Of a stretch of DNA of 30,612 nt, positions 8,836 to 16,966 are shown one piece after another. The position numbers and the translations under genes are program-made. The notes under the pieces were generated by a model. The model had not been told where the DNA came from and searched no databases. It worked only from the letters and a program-made list of their open reading frames with translations. Each line of letters starts with the position of its first letter. The first letter of the stretch is position 1. Source of the stretch: a virus (lineage: Duplodnaviria; Heunggongvirae; Uroviricota; Caudoviricetes); IMG/VR virus record IMGVR_UViG_3300036985_002287, positions 1 to 30,612 of that record, one strand, 5' to 3'.

Positions 8836-9006
8836 CTAAAGTGAAGCACAATCAACTGGAACATCGGCAAGAACGACCGCTACTTCGTAGGATTTCTGAG
8901 GTTTTACCTTGAAAAACTTTGCTGCTTCTTGTTGTGCGGCATAGCTGGATTCGGCAATGACAGTGACTGTCTTACCATGATAAAACGCTTTGTATGTACG
9001 CATCAT
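8836..9006 (-). CDS. Small hypothetical protein (MMRTYKAFYHGK...)
   Basis: Promoter 9034-9062. Confidence 0.75.
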   Translation of the reverse strand: MMRTYKAFYHGKTVTVIAESSYAAQQEAAKFFKVKPQKSYEVAVVLADVPVDCASL

Positions 9007-9120
9007 TGACCTATTGTTTGTTTGTGTAAATGTATTATACAATAGGATCAACCTACTGTCAACTGTTAATGATAAACTGACTGATATAGACAGTAAAGCC
9101 GATGATAGGTAGCGCACATA

Positions 9121-9261
9121 TCAACCCTGCAAGACCGGTTTTTCAATTTTAGCGAACTGATGCCAGTAACCGTTGCCCGACCGATTGTATCCTACGTAGA
9201 TCAAACGCTCGGGCTGACCTTTCCAATTGTAACGACCACCAACTTTGAATTGTTTGTCCAT
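9121..9261 (-). CDS. Small hypothetical protein (46 aa, MDKQFKVGGRYNWKGQPER...)
   Basis: Hand-translated; ATG follows the upstream stop. Confidence 0.6.
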   Translation of the reverse strand: MDKQFKVGGRYNWKGQPERLIYVGYNRSGNGYWHQFAKIEKPVLQG

Positions 9262-9262
9262 T

Positions 9263-9568
9263 TCACATACTCCAATACGTTTCAGAAGAAACATCACAAC
9301 AGAGCGGAGTGTTCACTGATTGGATAACTGGCTTACCTGACATCAGGTTAATGACCGTTTCTTTCTTTTCGATATGCTCGTAGAAGTGTTTGGCCTCGGC
9401 TATCGCATAGTCATCCTTGTTGCGAATGTATGCCGGATGCCGGATGCCATAGCACGTTGCAGAACGAGTCAATCCAGCCTTTGCAGCAGCTTCGGATCCA
9501 TAAGCATTCATACCATTCTTCTTCTTAAGGATTTTGGTGGTTGCTTTGTTGTAAACTATGTAGGACAT
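9263..9568 (-). CDS. Hypothetical protein (start re-assigned to MSYIVYNK)
   Basis: SD AAGGA. Confidence 0.75.
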   Translation of the reverse strand: MSYIVYNKATTKILKKKNGMNAYGSEAAAKAGLTRSATCYGIRHPAYIRNKDDYAIAEAKHFYEHIEKKETVINLMSGKPVIQSVNTPLCCDVSSETYWSM

Positions 9569-9578
9569 TGTGTTTTCC

Positions 9579-9725
9579 TTATTCGTTTTCGGCCTTGACG
9601 ATGATACGCGGGTCATAGCCGTCGTGATTGATCAATGAAGTCCGCACTTGTTCTGCTGTGACAGCATCATTGAAGAATACTTTGTCAATCCACTTGAAAC
9701 ACAAATAAACGTCCCAACCAAGCAT
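9579..9725 (-). CDS. Small hypothetical protein (48 aa, MLGWDVYL...SLINHDGYD...)
   Basis: Hand-translated; SD AAGGAG; promoter 9752-9779. Confidence 0.75.
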   Translation of the reverse strand: MLGWDVYLCFKWIDKVFFNDAVTAEQVRTSLINHDGYDPRIIVKAENE

Positions 9726-9775
9726 GATCTACTCCTTGTTGCTATGTGTTTATTATAGCACCTTTTTGAGAGTTG

Positions 9776-10057
9776 TCAATCCCAATTAATAGTTAAGCTA
9801 TCACCATCACGCTGATCTGAAAAGACTGATAAGGCATATCCTAACCCTGTGAGACGATCGATGATAACCTGATCGGTGCAGTCTTTGGAATAAATGGTGA
9901 CAGAAGTCTGTCCCTTCTCAGCAGCCTCTTTGACTGAAAGCAATATAACCTTAGTCTGTTCTCGCTTGTATGCACCAAGAAGCCCACGCGCAACCGCTGC
10001 CAGGCTGCGAGCTTCGTCTACCGTTAAGAACTTGTCAAGCTTCTTCATATCTTGCAT
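9776..10057 (-). CDS. Hypothetical protein
   Basis: TGATG overlap with upstream gene; stop inside -35. Confidence 0.75.
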   Translation of the reverse strand: MQDMKKLDKFLTVDEARSLAAVARGLLGAYKREQTKVILLSVKEAAEKGQTSVTIYSKDCTDQVIIDRLTGLGYALSVFSDQRDGDSLTINWD

Positions 10058-10230
10058 CAATACACCTCTTTGAAGGTATCGAACAGCGTAGATGGATACT
10101 TCTCTATAAACGCTTCAGACTTCACGTATTCGTTGTATTCTTTTGCAGTAAAGAACACCTTATAGAATACGCTACCAAGTTTACCTTTTGGGGTAACGGT
10201 TAAATGAACGGATGTCGCTTTGCCTGCCAT
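10057..10230 (-). CDS. Small hypothetical protein (57 aa, MAGKATSVHLTV...)
   Basis: Hand-translated; SD AAAGGA. Confidence 0.75.
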   Translation of the reverse strand: MAGKATSVHLTVTPKGKLGSVFYKVFFTAKEYNEYVKSEAFIEKYPSTLFDTFKEVY

Positions 10231-10262
10231 ATTGATTCCTTTGTTTGTGGTATAATACTAAT

Positions 10263-10463
10263 TTATCGCCAGCCGTGTGCATCGTCGATTTCGTCTTCAG
10301 TGAGGGTTTCGGGGCACTGCACAACGATGTGCTCTTCACCAATCCACACGCGGACACCATCGGGTCCAACTGTGCCGGTCTCGTTGCCAATCCATCCTTG
10401 AAGTTCTCCTTCATCGAGATAGCGGCTACTGCCTTTGTAGAGTTCAATCAACAGGTATTTCAT
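10263..10463 (-). CDS. Hypothetical protein (MKYLLIELY...)
   Basis: ATGA overlap with upstream gene. Confidence 0.65.
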   Translation of the reverse strand: MKYLLIELYKGSSRYLDEGELQGWIGNETGTVGPDGVRVWIGEEHIVVQCPETLTEDEIDDAHGWR

Positions 10464-10795
10464 TTCTTTTCCCCTGTCGAGCATTCACGGATATGAATTG
10501 TGCCCCATTCTTCGGGTTCGTCTACAAGCAGAGGCTCTGTTTCGAAATCTTCAAGACATGGTTCCATTGCGTCCCATTCTTCGTCGTCATCCTCGTCGCT
10601 ATCGTCGTCATCCTCGTCCTCTTCGAACAGTTCGCTCAGATGTCGGTTGCAGAATTGTTTAACATCGGCTTCATCCATCCAGCTGAGCAGATCTTCTATC
10701 AGACCTTTCTGATCCAACGCACCTTGATCTACCAGATCCAATATGGCGCAGGTATAGGCACGTGATTTGCGTGTATCTACTTTGATGAACGACAT
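10460..10795 (-). CDS. Highly acidic hypothetical protein (start re-assigned to MSFIKVD)
   Basis: EEDEDDDDSDEDDDEE tract; promoter 10823-10851. Confidence 0.8.
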   Translation of the reverse strand: MSFIKVDTRKSRAYTCAILDLVDQGALDQKGLIEDLLSWMDEADVKQFCNRHLSELFEEDEDDDDSDEDDDEEWDAMEPCLEDFETEPLLVDEPEEWGTIHIRECSTGEKK

Positions 10796-10847
10796 CTTGT
10801 GTTCCTTTGTTGCTATGTGTTTATTATAGCGTAGAGATTGGGTTTGG

Positions 10848-11312
10848 TCAACCCTTATTTGATTTTTTTGCCTGAAGTTTTGCAATAAAGTCATCCAGCG
10901 CATCTTTGGCAGGTGCTACAATAGTAGGATCGTCGCTGTCGATAACCATACCCAGATTATATTCCAAGCGAGCCCGTTCGTCTGTCTCTACCTTATTCTT
11001 CTGTGCAGCCTTTTCTTGTGCAACTTCCAACAGCTGACCTGCATAGATTCCGATACGCATTGCTCCGGACTTGTCTTTCATGCGCCAGTAGGCCACTTGT
11101 TTCGGAGTCAAATATCCTTGACGTTCAAAGAACTTAGACATTGACGCACCCATACGCGCATGACAAGGACGATAACCGCGCCCATTTAAGTAGCGCGTCT
11201 GCTCGCTTACCTGCTCATCGGCCGTTTGACGTGCTGTGAGCACAACAAGGGCGCGAGCAACCGCCTTGTCATTCGTTTGCAAGAGGCTAACGATAGATTC
11301 CTTAGTAATCAT
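10848..11312 (-). CDS. Hypothetical phage protein (start re-assigned to MITKESIV)
   Basis: SD GGAG; promoter 11344-11372. Confidence 0.8.
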   Translation of the reverse strand: MITKESIVSLLQTNDKAVARALVVLTARQTADEQVSEQTRYLNGRGYRPCHARMGASMSKFFERQGYLTPKQVAYWRMKDKSGAMRIGIYAGQLLEVAQEKAAQKNKVETDERARLEYNLGMVIDSDDPTIVAPAKDALDDFIAKLQAKKSNKG

Positions 11313-11368
11313 TTCAACTCCGTTTGTATGTTGCGATGAGTGTATTATAGCGCAAAAAGGGCTACCGG

Positions 11369-11620
11369 TCAACCAAATTTCTTTTGCAAGCGTTCATATT
11401 GAACACGATCACTCTCTTCACGAGCAATTTCATATTTCTCTTCGTACATGATACGATTATTCATTTGTGCATCGCCGCATTCGTTCTTCAGTTCGGCATC
11501 AGGGCCATACTTTTCAATCAAATACTGAATTCGTTTTAGTGCGGAGGCTAAAGATGTATCGAGCTCAGCACTTTCTTTCTCGGTGCTAATCATCTTACGG
11601 TTACGGTTCACTGCCATCAT
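11369..11620 (-). CDS. Hypothetical protein (83 aa)
   Basis: Cassette leader and SD AAGGAG; stop inside -35. Confidence 0.75.
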   Translation of the reverse strand: MMAVNRNRKMISTEKESAELDTSLASALKRIQYLIEKYGPDAELKNECGDAQMNNRIMYEEKYEIAREESDRVQYERLQKKFG

Positions 11621-11657
11621 CTACTCCTTGTTGCGATGTGTTTATTATAGCAGGAAT

Positions 11658-11918
11658 TTAGACTTCGCCTAGAACTTTTTGAATTGCACGTTTAGCTTCG
11701 GACACTGAGCTGAATCGACCTGTTCCTTCACACAAGCTCTGCGGGACAAATTTATCTTCTACCAAATCGAATTTCTGTACGTGGATACTATGCACCCAAA
11801 ATAGGTCGATAATACTTGTCCTCTTAACATACACACCGTTTTCTCTCTCGAAGAAGCGATACTTCCACTCGCCTTCCACACATTCGTAGATTGTTTCGAC
11901 TACACGGGTGTTGAACAT
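11658..11918 (-). CDS. Hypothetical protein (start re-assigned to MFNTRV)
   Basis: ORF track; short overlap with upstream gene. Confidence 0.6.
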   Translation of the reverse strand: MFNTRVVETIYECVEGEWKYRFFERENGVYVKRTSIIDLFWVHSIHVQKFDLVEDKFVPQSLCEGTGRFSSVSEAKRAIQKVLGEV

Positions 11919-12097
11919 TGCATTGCCTTCTTTCTCTTTTGAAACATTCGCTTGGTACGCCAACGAGCATAATCCAGTTGATTACCGCCGGAGTAGAAAC
12001 CAAGTGTGCCTATGCTAATGACAGCGTCGAGCAAAATGACCAACCCGAACATCAGGTTAGACCAGAATCCCCATTCACTATTCGTGCGGCGTATCAT
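11900..12097 (-). CDS. Small predicted membrane protein
   Basis: One hydrophobic segment, basic C-terminus; ATGA overlap. Confidence 0.65.
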   Translation of the reverse strand: MIRRTNSEWGFWSNLMFGLVILLDAVISIGTLGFYSGGNQLDYARWRTKRMFQKRKKAMQCSTPV

Positions 12098-12405
12098 TTA
12101 GAGAATTCTTCAATCAACAATTTCATCCAGGCCTTGCGATATGCTTGTAACTTACGATAACCGATACGCTTCACACCCTGAGCTTCCAACCAGTCTTCCA
12201 CTGTACTGTACGGGGCGATACGCTGGTGTATCACTGCCTTGGCAGCGGCGACCGCATTGCTGGCGCGGCCCAAACCCCACGTCCGGTCGATTGCGAAACA
12301 GATATATTCTGTCTTCTCGTTACCCCAGATGCCGCGACCATTCCACAAATATGGGAGGCCAGCACGAATTGCATTGGCAATTTTCTGACGATCAGCTTGT
12401 TTCAT
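12094..12405 (-). CDS. Hypothetical protein, paralog of 21967..22302
   Basis: Shared E[YF]IC.AI, T[VM]E.WL and QA[YH]R..W.K.LI.E motifs; promoter 12433-12461. Confidence 0.8.
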   Translation of the reverse strand: MKQADRQKIANAIRAGLPYLWNGRGIWGNEKTEYICFAIDRTWGLGRASNAVAAAKAVIHQRIAPYSTVEDWLEAQGVKRIGYRKLQAYRKAWMKLLIEEFSK

Positions 12406-12467
12406 ACTTTAATTCCTTGTTGCGGTGTGTTTATTATAGCAGACCGAAGCCTACCTGTCAACAACTA

Positions 12468-12755
12468 TTATGACTCGAGTGAAAGACCTAATGCTGCGAC
12501 TATCTCCGGACCGACAGGCAATGCTTCAGTCTCTGTACGCAGAAACAAGTGATCACCTCCACGCCAATCTTCGCCATATGCTGTAACAGCAACAATCATT
12601 CGGTCGTCCGAAGCAACCATACGAAAGATGTTTCCGCTGTATGAGCCGTCCTGCATCTTCACAGCGGTTGCAACACCACACCCGTCTTCAATGACACGAG
12701 TTTTTGGCAGAAAGCGAATATAAAATAGTTCGCCTTTACTTGGTAACCAAGACAT
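12468..12755 (-). CDS. Hypothetical protein (95 aa)
   Basis: ORF track; SD TAGGAG. Confidence 0.75.
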   Translation of the reverse strand: MSWLPSKGELFYIRFLPKTRVIEDGCGVATAVKMQDGSYSGNIFRMVASDDRMIVAVTAYGEDWRGGDHLFLRTETEALPVGPEIVAALGLSLES

Positions 12756-12764
12756 AGTTTTCTC

Positions 12765-13064
12765 CTACAGAAACAGTGTAACGATCCAGCCGAAGAACAA
12801 TGCGAAAGCTGGGTGCAATATCCCGAGCGATATGCCTTCGATAGCTTTATCTTTTACACTTCGGTCATCCACTGTATGGATGAATTGATATGTTAGAAAG
12901 CTAACCACCATCGATAGACCAATTGCAAGTGGTATGCTCAACACAGGGAGCCCAAAGATAGGTACAATGAACCAACCCCAGAGAATGCTGAAGGCATAAC
13001 CACGCCAAATGGATCCTAGAAATGCCAGTCCGAAGAAAGAAATAATAAGAGAAAGAGCTACCAT
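12765..13064 (-). CDS. Predicted multi-pass membrane protein
   Basis: About three hydrophobic segments; SD AAGGA. Confidence 0.75.
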   Translation of the reverse strand: MVALSLIISFFGLAFLGSIWRGYAFSILWGWFIVPIFGLPVLSIPLAIGLSMVVSFLTYQFIHTVDDRSVKDKAIEGISLGILHPAFALFFGWIVTLFL

Positions 13065-13079
13065 TGTGATTTCCTTAAA

Positions 13080-13250
13080 TTAAATTGCCACAGAAGCAAC
13101 GTCGTTGACGCATCGCTCCACACACCGACCAATTCCAACAAGTGTTTTATCACCCCACTCAGTATCGTACCGGCCGGTTATCTTGTTTGGTTTCAGGCCG
13201 AGAAAATGTACGATAGATTTACCAAGTTCTTCGTATTGTTCATCAGTCAT
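13080..13250 (-). CDS. Small hypothetical protein (MTDEQYEELG...)
   Basis: SD AGGA; promoter 13275-13304. Confidence 0.75.
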   Translation of the reverse strand: MTDEQYEELGKSIVHFLGLKPNKITGRYDTEWGDKTLVGIGRCVERCVNDVASVAI

Positions 13251-13275
13251 TTTGTGTTCCTGTTGTATGTCTTTA

Positions 13276-13770
13276 TTATAAAGCAGGAATAGGAGCCTTG
13301 TCAACCTTTAAGTAAAATTTGACAAGTTTACGAATTGCCGGTATGTCTTTACGGCGAAATGCAGGATTCCATCCCGGCTGACGCGCCGCAATTGACTTCA
13401 TCTCTTCCAACTTCATACGTCCTTTGTAGACAGGAATACCACCGAAGGCATTCGTAGCCTTTTTGACACCACCTGTATCATAGTGATGTTTCTTATTGCC
13501 CATCGTAAACTCGACAGCCACGTGCCAGAAAAAGACACCGTTGTTCTGCCATTCGTTTACAGTATTAGTCTTTATCAAAGGACGGACTTCATCGATATGT
13601 ATGGAAGACCTGGCACCAGAATCTATTACAATACCTGAAGCCTTAATTCCTTGCTTCTGCAATTCATTCACGACCATTGCAGCGAATACACAACACCCGC
13701 CGTTATTGATATTAGGATACAGGTCGGAAACAACTTCACCCAGCTCGTCGAGCTTCTCTATGATAGACAT
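13276..13770 (-). CDS. Putative papain/transglutaminase-like fold protein (start re-assigned to MSIIEKL)
   Basis: GGCCVFA...WHVAVEF...HYDTGG Cys-His-Asp order; SD GGAG. Confidence 0.55.
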   Translation of the reverse strand: MSIIEKLDELGEVVSDLYPNINNGGCCVFAAMVVNELQKQGIKASGIVIDSGARSSIHIDEVRPLIKTNTVNEWQNNGVFFWHVAVEFTMGNKKHHYDTGGVKKATNAFGGIPVYKGRMKLEEMKSIAARQPGWNPAFRRKDIPAIRKLVKFYLKVDKAPIPAL

Positions 13771-13783
13771 GATTGTTTGCTCC

Positions 13784-13821
13784 AAAAAAAGAAATCCCAC
13801 ACCTGTTGCCAAGTGCGGGAA
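13784..13821 (-). terminator. Rho-independent terminator
   Basis: TCCCGCACTTG-GCAA-CAGGTGTGGGA stem followed by TTTCTTTTTTT. Confidence 0.8.
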
Positions 13822-13825
13822 TCAA

Positions 13826-14038
13826 TTACTCGAAACGAGACAAGTCGTTGAGTACCTTCGGGTTCACTTGGAACCCGTTCCGCAGAGCCGCATCACGCAG
13901 CTTGAACGCTGATGGCAGCGTGGGGTTATTCAAACCAGCAAAGAGCTGGTTAATATCCTTCTGCACTTCTTCGCGTTGTTCACGCAATTCCACCGCAGTA
14001 CCGATAGTATCATGAGTTTCCTCAATCACTTCGACCAA
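13826..14038 (-). CDS. Hypothetical protein with uncertain start (frame stays open up to 14134 without ATG)
   Basis: Track TTG start; upstream in-frame sequence FEGADNFNPYREY... has no ATG. Confidence 0.45.
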   Translation of the reverse strand: MVEVIEETHDTIGTAVELREQREEVQKDINQLFAGLNNPTLPSAFKLRDAALRNGFQVNPKVLNDLSRFE

Positions 14039-14181
14039 CCCAGCCGCATAGCGGATAAATGCCCTTGATTCGATAATATATCTCCAATGCAGAATGTATT
14101 CCCGATATGGGTTGAAGTTATCTGCTCCTTCAAATTAAATTATAATATAAACACTTAATGATGTCAAGTGATAAATATCAT

Positions 14182-14730
14182 ATGCCTTACATTTATCGTG
14201 TCGAAAATTTAGTGACAGGTCAATTTTATTACGGTGCTCGTTATATTGAAAAAACTACTCCGGAGCTCGACCTTTGGTTAAAATACTTTACTTCCTCTAA
14301 GGATGTAAAGAAATTAATAAAGGAATATGGTGTTCAGTCATTTACTAATCTTATCTTAGAAACTCATGCAGACGCCGATATTTGCTATCAAAAAGAACAG
14401 GATTTTATAAAAGAATATATCGATAATCCGCTATGTCTGAATAAACAATATACAATGTGTGGAAAGAAGATATTTCTATGCAAAGGCCATACGAATGAAA
14501 CAAAGGAAAAGATGAGTATTGCTAATAAAGGCAAACCGGCATGGAATAAAGGCATCTCCCCGTCCGACAATACGAGGCAAAAAATATCTCTTTCTGGAAA
14601 AGGTGTTGCAGGGTCCAAGAAAGGTGTAAAGAAAGGACCACGATCATTGGAAACTCGCCGGAAGATCTCGGAAACTAATATTCGAAAAAATGCAGAGCGT
14701 AGATTATTGTCTGACTCGTTTATCGAGTAA
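14182..14730 (+). CDS. GIY-YIG homing endonuclease with NUMOD3-type DNA-binding repeats (free-standing, Seg-like)
   Basis: YIYRVENLVTGQFYYG...R = GIY-YIG pattern; HTNETKEKMSIANKG..AWNKG and TRQKISLSGKG, TRRKISE = NUMOD3-like; AT-rich; only plus-strand gene; GATAAATA at 14170-14177. Confidence 0.85.
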   Translation: MPYIYRVENLVTGQFYYGARYIEKTTPELDLWLKYFTSSKDVKKLIKEYGVQSFTNLILETHADADICYQKEQDFIKEYIDNPLCLNKQYTMCGKKIFLCKGHTNETKEKMSIANKGKPAWNKGISPSDNTRQKISLSGKGVAGSKKGVKKGPRSLETRRKISETNIRKNAERRLLSDSFIE

Positions 14731-14742
14731 GGCATCAGCCTG

Positions 14743-15225
14743 TCAAGCCGTTACTTCTTCTTTCTTGTAACGCTTGATAATCTTTTCGCCTGTTTCGAGT
14801 TTGAACTCATCGCCCGAATTCGGGCCAAGTCCTTGGATCATCACCCATTCGTTATTGGACCAAGTTTCGATCTTGGAATCGAAGTCTTCACTCGCATCGC
14901 CCTGCATGAGGAACGGGTAGCACCGTGCAACCTTATCGTCCACAAGTTCAATCACTGTGAAGCATTCATTGTCGTCTTGAAGCTGTTCCTTGGTGCCAGG
15001 CTTGCCGGGTTTACGCACACCTTTCGGTACTGGTGCTCGCCCAAGCCCGTCAATCGGATCGTGTGCCTTTTTGCAGTTGTTATAATAGGTGCTGGCAGCG
15101 GCCCCTGTACACCCGATCTCAGCCATGATTTGCTCGCGCACAGTGCGACGGAACAGACGGCCGTCAGTGCCAGCAAGAGCAATATGCTGCTCATAAATTC
15201 GTGTTGCTTTTTCTTTTAGAGTCAT
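14743..15225 (-). CDS. Putative DNA-binding protein ('FR...A[SA]T.YN' family)
   Basis: FRRTVREQIMAEIGCTGAAASTYYNN...GLGRAP; promoter 15252-15280. Confidence 0.75.
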   Translation of the reverse strand: MTLKEKATRIYEQHIALAGTDGRLFRRTVREQIMAEIGCTGAAASTYYNNCKKAHDPIDGLGRAPVPKGVRKPGKPGTKEQLQDDNECFTVIELVDDKVARCYPFLMQGDASEDFDSKIETWSNNEWVMIQGLGPNSGDEFKLETGEKIIKRYKKEEVTA

Positions 15226-15285
15226 GTCAGTTCCTTTGTTGCGATGTGTGTATTATAACAGGATGTTACCACCCTGTCAATACAT

Positions 15286-15756
15286 TTACCAGCTTGAATG
15301 ATATTCGAAGTTCCAGTCATCGGGCCATGCAAGACACTCGTCGATTTCCTTGGCTGTACGTTCCAGATCGCCGAAGTAGTATTCGTCAAACTCCGTGCCA
15401 CCGAAGAAGAAGCCCGATTGCGAAGGAAGCAATTCTGCTGCCTTGCTGTGATCGGCTAGCACTTCTTTGCACTTATCGCGAAGTTCGGTTAGCAAATCAC
15501 GATCGGCATAATAGTTACCACAATCGTCGACGCCGCCCTGCACATTTTTCACAAACCATGCATGAATGGCATTAGCCTTGCGCCAATAGATTGCCCGTGC
15601 GCTAATTTCATTCACACGAGGACCCGGTGTGCCAAATTCGATGTGTGGTGTCAGTTCCGGGAACATTGCCGACACATCGGTGGCAATCTTCTTGTCCGGA
15701 TGGTCACCCGAACTCCACAGATAACGCTTACCACTCAGATACATATCCAAACCCAT
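15286..15756 (-). CDS. Conserved hypothetical phage protein (MGLDMYL / YWRKANAIH / GFFFG motifs)
   Basis: Motifs recalled from a common phage hypothetical family; promoter 15784-15812. Confidence 0.8.
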   Translation of the reverse strand: MGLDMYLSGKRYLWSSGDHPDKKIATDVSAMFPELTPHIEFGTPGPRVNEISARAIYWRKANAIHAWFVKNVQGGVDDCGNYYADRDLLTELRDKCKEVLADHSKAAELLPSQSGFFFGGTEFDEYYFGDLERTAKEIDECLAWPDDWNFEYHSSW

Positions 15757-15826
15757 GATTGACTCCTTTGTTGCGATGTGTGTATTATAAGGGAAAATTC
15801 CCTACCTGTCAATGACTATTTGATAA

Positions 15827-16222
15827 TTAGCTGCCAATACAGAACTTGATGATCTTCTTTTCGGTATCGATTTCGATTTGCTCGAAGTAAAGATCGCTCA
15901 AGCAGTGACCCCAAATACCGTACGGACCTTCGGACGAATCACGATTGAGCATACCCGGAATGTTGGGTGTTTCGCCAACGGCTGCATCTTCAGCAGCATA
16001 GATATCCTCGTAGTCCTTCTTTGCCAGGAGCAAGATATCGATTGCGCTTGTCAGCCTGATAAGAGGGTGTGGGATACCGACTTCGACTGAAAGTGGGTAA
16101 CGATACATAAACGAATAAGTACCCACCAATCCAAGAGGCGTGTCATCTACCAAATAGCGTTCTTCCTCGCCAATATCTTCACGGGAGAATGAAGCGACAT
16201 GGTGGTTGCAATCAATTTTCAT
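15827..16222 (-). CDS. Acidic hypothetical protein (131 aa)
   Basis: ORF track. Confidence 0.75.
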   Translation of the reverse strand: MKIDCNHHVASFSREDIGEEERYLVDDTPLGLVGTYSFMYRYPLSVEVGIPHPLIRLTSAIDILLLAKKDYEDIYAAEDAAVGETPNIPGMLNRDSSEGPYGIWGHCLSDLYFEQIEIDTEKKIIKFCIGS

Positions 16223-16234
16223 AGTGTGCTTTCT

Positions 16235-16402
16235 TTAACAAGATTCTAAATCAAATTGGAGGCGATAAGATTCTTTGATAGCATCTTCATCGTTGGTTGC
16301 CTTGAGGAGGAATTCGTCACCACACCAGTAAAAGAAATAGTGACCCGTATCTTTCCAATACGAAACACGATCGGTAACTTCACGAATATTAGATTCTGGC
16401 AA
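16235..16402 (-). CDS. Small hypothetical protein (55 aa, TTG start)
   Basis: Hand-translated; SD AAGGTG; fills the gap between neighbours. Confidence 0.55.
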   Translation of the reverse strand: MPESNIREVTDRVSYWKDTGHYFFYWCGDEFLLKATNDEDAIKESYRLQFDLESC

Positions 16403-16419
16403 GTTATTCACCTTTTAGG

Positions 16420-16788
16420 TTATTGTTTCCGACGCAGCTTCTCTGCAGTAATCAACTGCAAGATTTCGCTTGCCAACTCATCCTCGCCCTGCTTCATAGC
16501 TTGAGTGGCAAGAACACGGAGCTCAGCAAGTATGCTATAAACGGGAGATGTAATTTTGCAGCCATTACGCTCCAACATCTTGAAAGCAGTAAAGACATCA
16601 TCGTTCAATATACCGATCAACCCAATTGTCTGCGGGCTTGTGATTTCGGAAATATCTTTAGCTTCCTTGAGACCACATCCAGACAATTGCCGGATCGTCC
16701 TGATAACAGGGACCTTACCGATATCGCTATCATAATGCCCGATAGACAGATACTCTTTCGGGAAGGTAATTGTAAAGTGTTTGTCCAT
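16420..16788 (-). CDS. Protein with ribosomal L7/L12-CTD-like motif (probably leaderless)
   Basis: KVPVIRTIRQLSGCGLKEAKDISE; TATAAT-6 nt-ATG. Confidence 0.6.
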   Translation of the reverse strand: MDKHFTITFPKEYLSIGHYDSDIGKVPVIRTIRQLSGCGLKEAKDISEITSPQTIGLIGILNDDVFTAFKMLERNGCKITSPVYSILAELRVLATQAMKQGEDELASEILQLITAEKLRRKQ

Positions 16789-16929
16789 GTGTGTATTATA
16801 TACTGAGCTAATGGATGAAGTCAACCTATTTGTTTAGTTAGTGCTCTTATCTGCCTGCCTGCACCCTCCGGATGGATAGCATCGACCCGTATACGGAACT
16901 CGCCCGACTTCAGTCTAGAGGCACTAACC

Positions 16930-16955
16930 AAACAAGGCTCCCATGAGCCTTGTTT
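16930..16955 (-). terminator. Hairpin terminator after 16967..17389
   Basis: 11-bp perfect stem AAACAAGGCTC/GAGCCTTGTTT. Confidence 0.7.
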
Positions 16956-16966
16956 CACCGTTTGGA

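Noticed and set aside
10181-10447. 88-aa minus-strand ORF
   Set aside because: Overlaps 10263..10463 and 10057..10230, which have SDs and coupled junctions.
14388-14735. 115-aa minus-strand ORF following the orphan -35
   Set aside because: Antisense to the GIY-YIG gene, with no SD and no valid -10.
13826-14747. Group I intron around the endonuclease
   Set aside because: The endonuclease is antisense to its neighbours, the flanking genes are not two halves of one ORF, and no P7/core intron motifs were seen; treated as free-standing.
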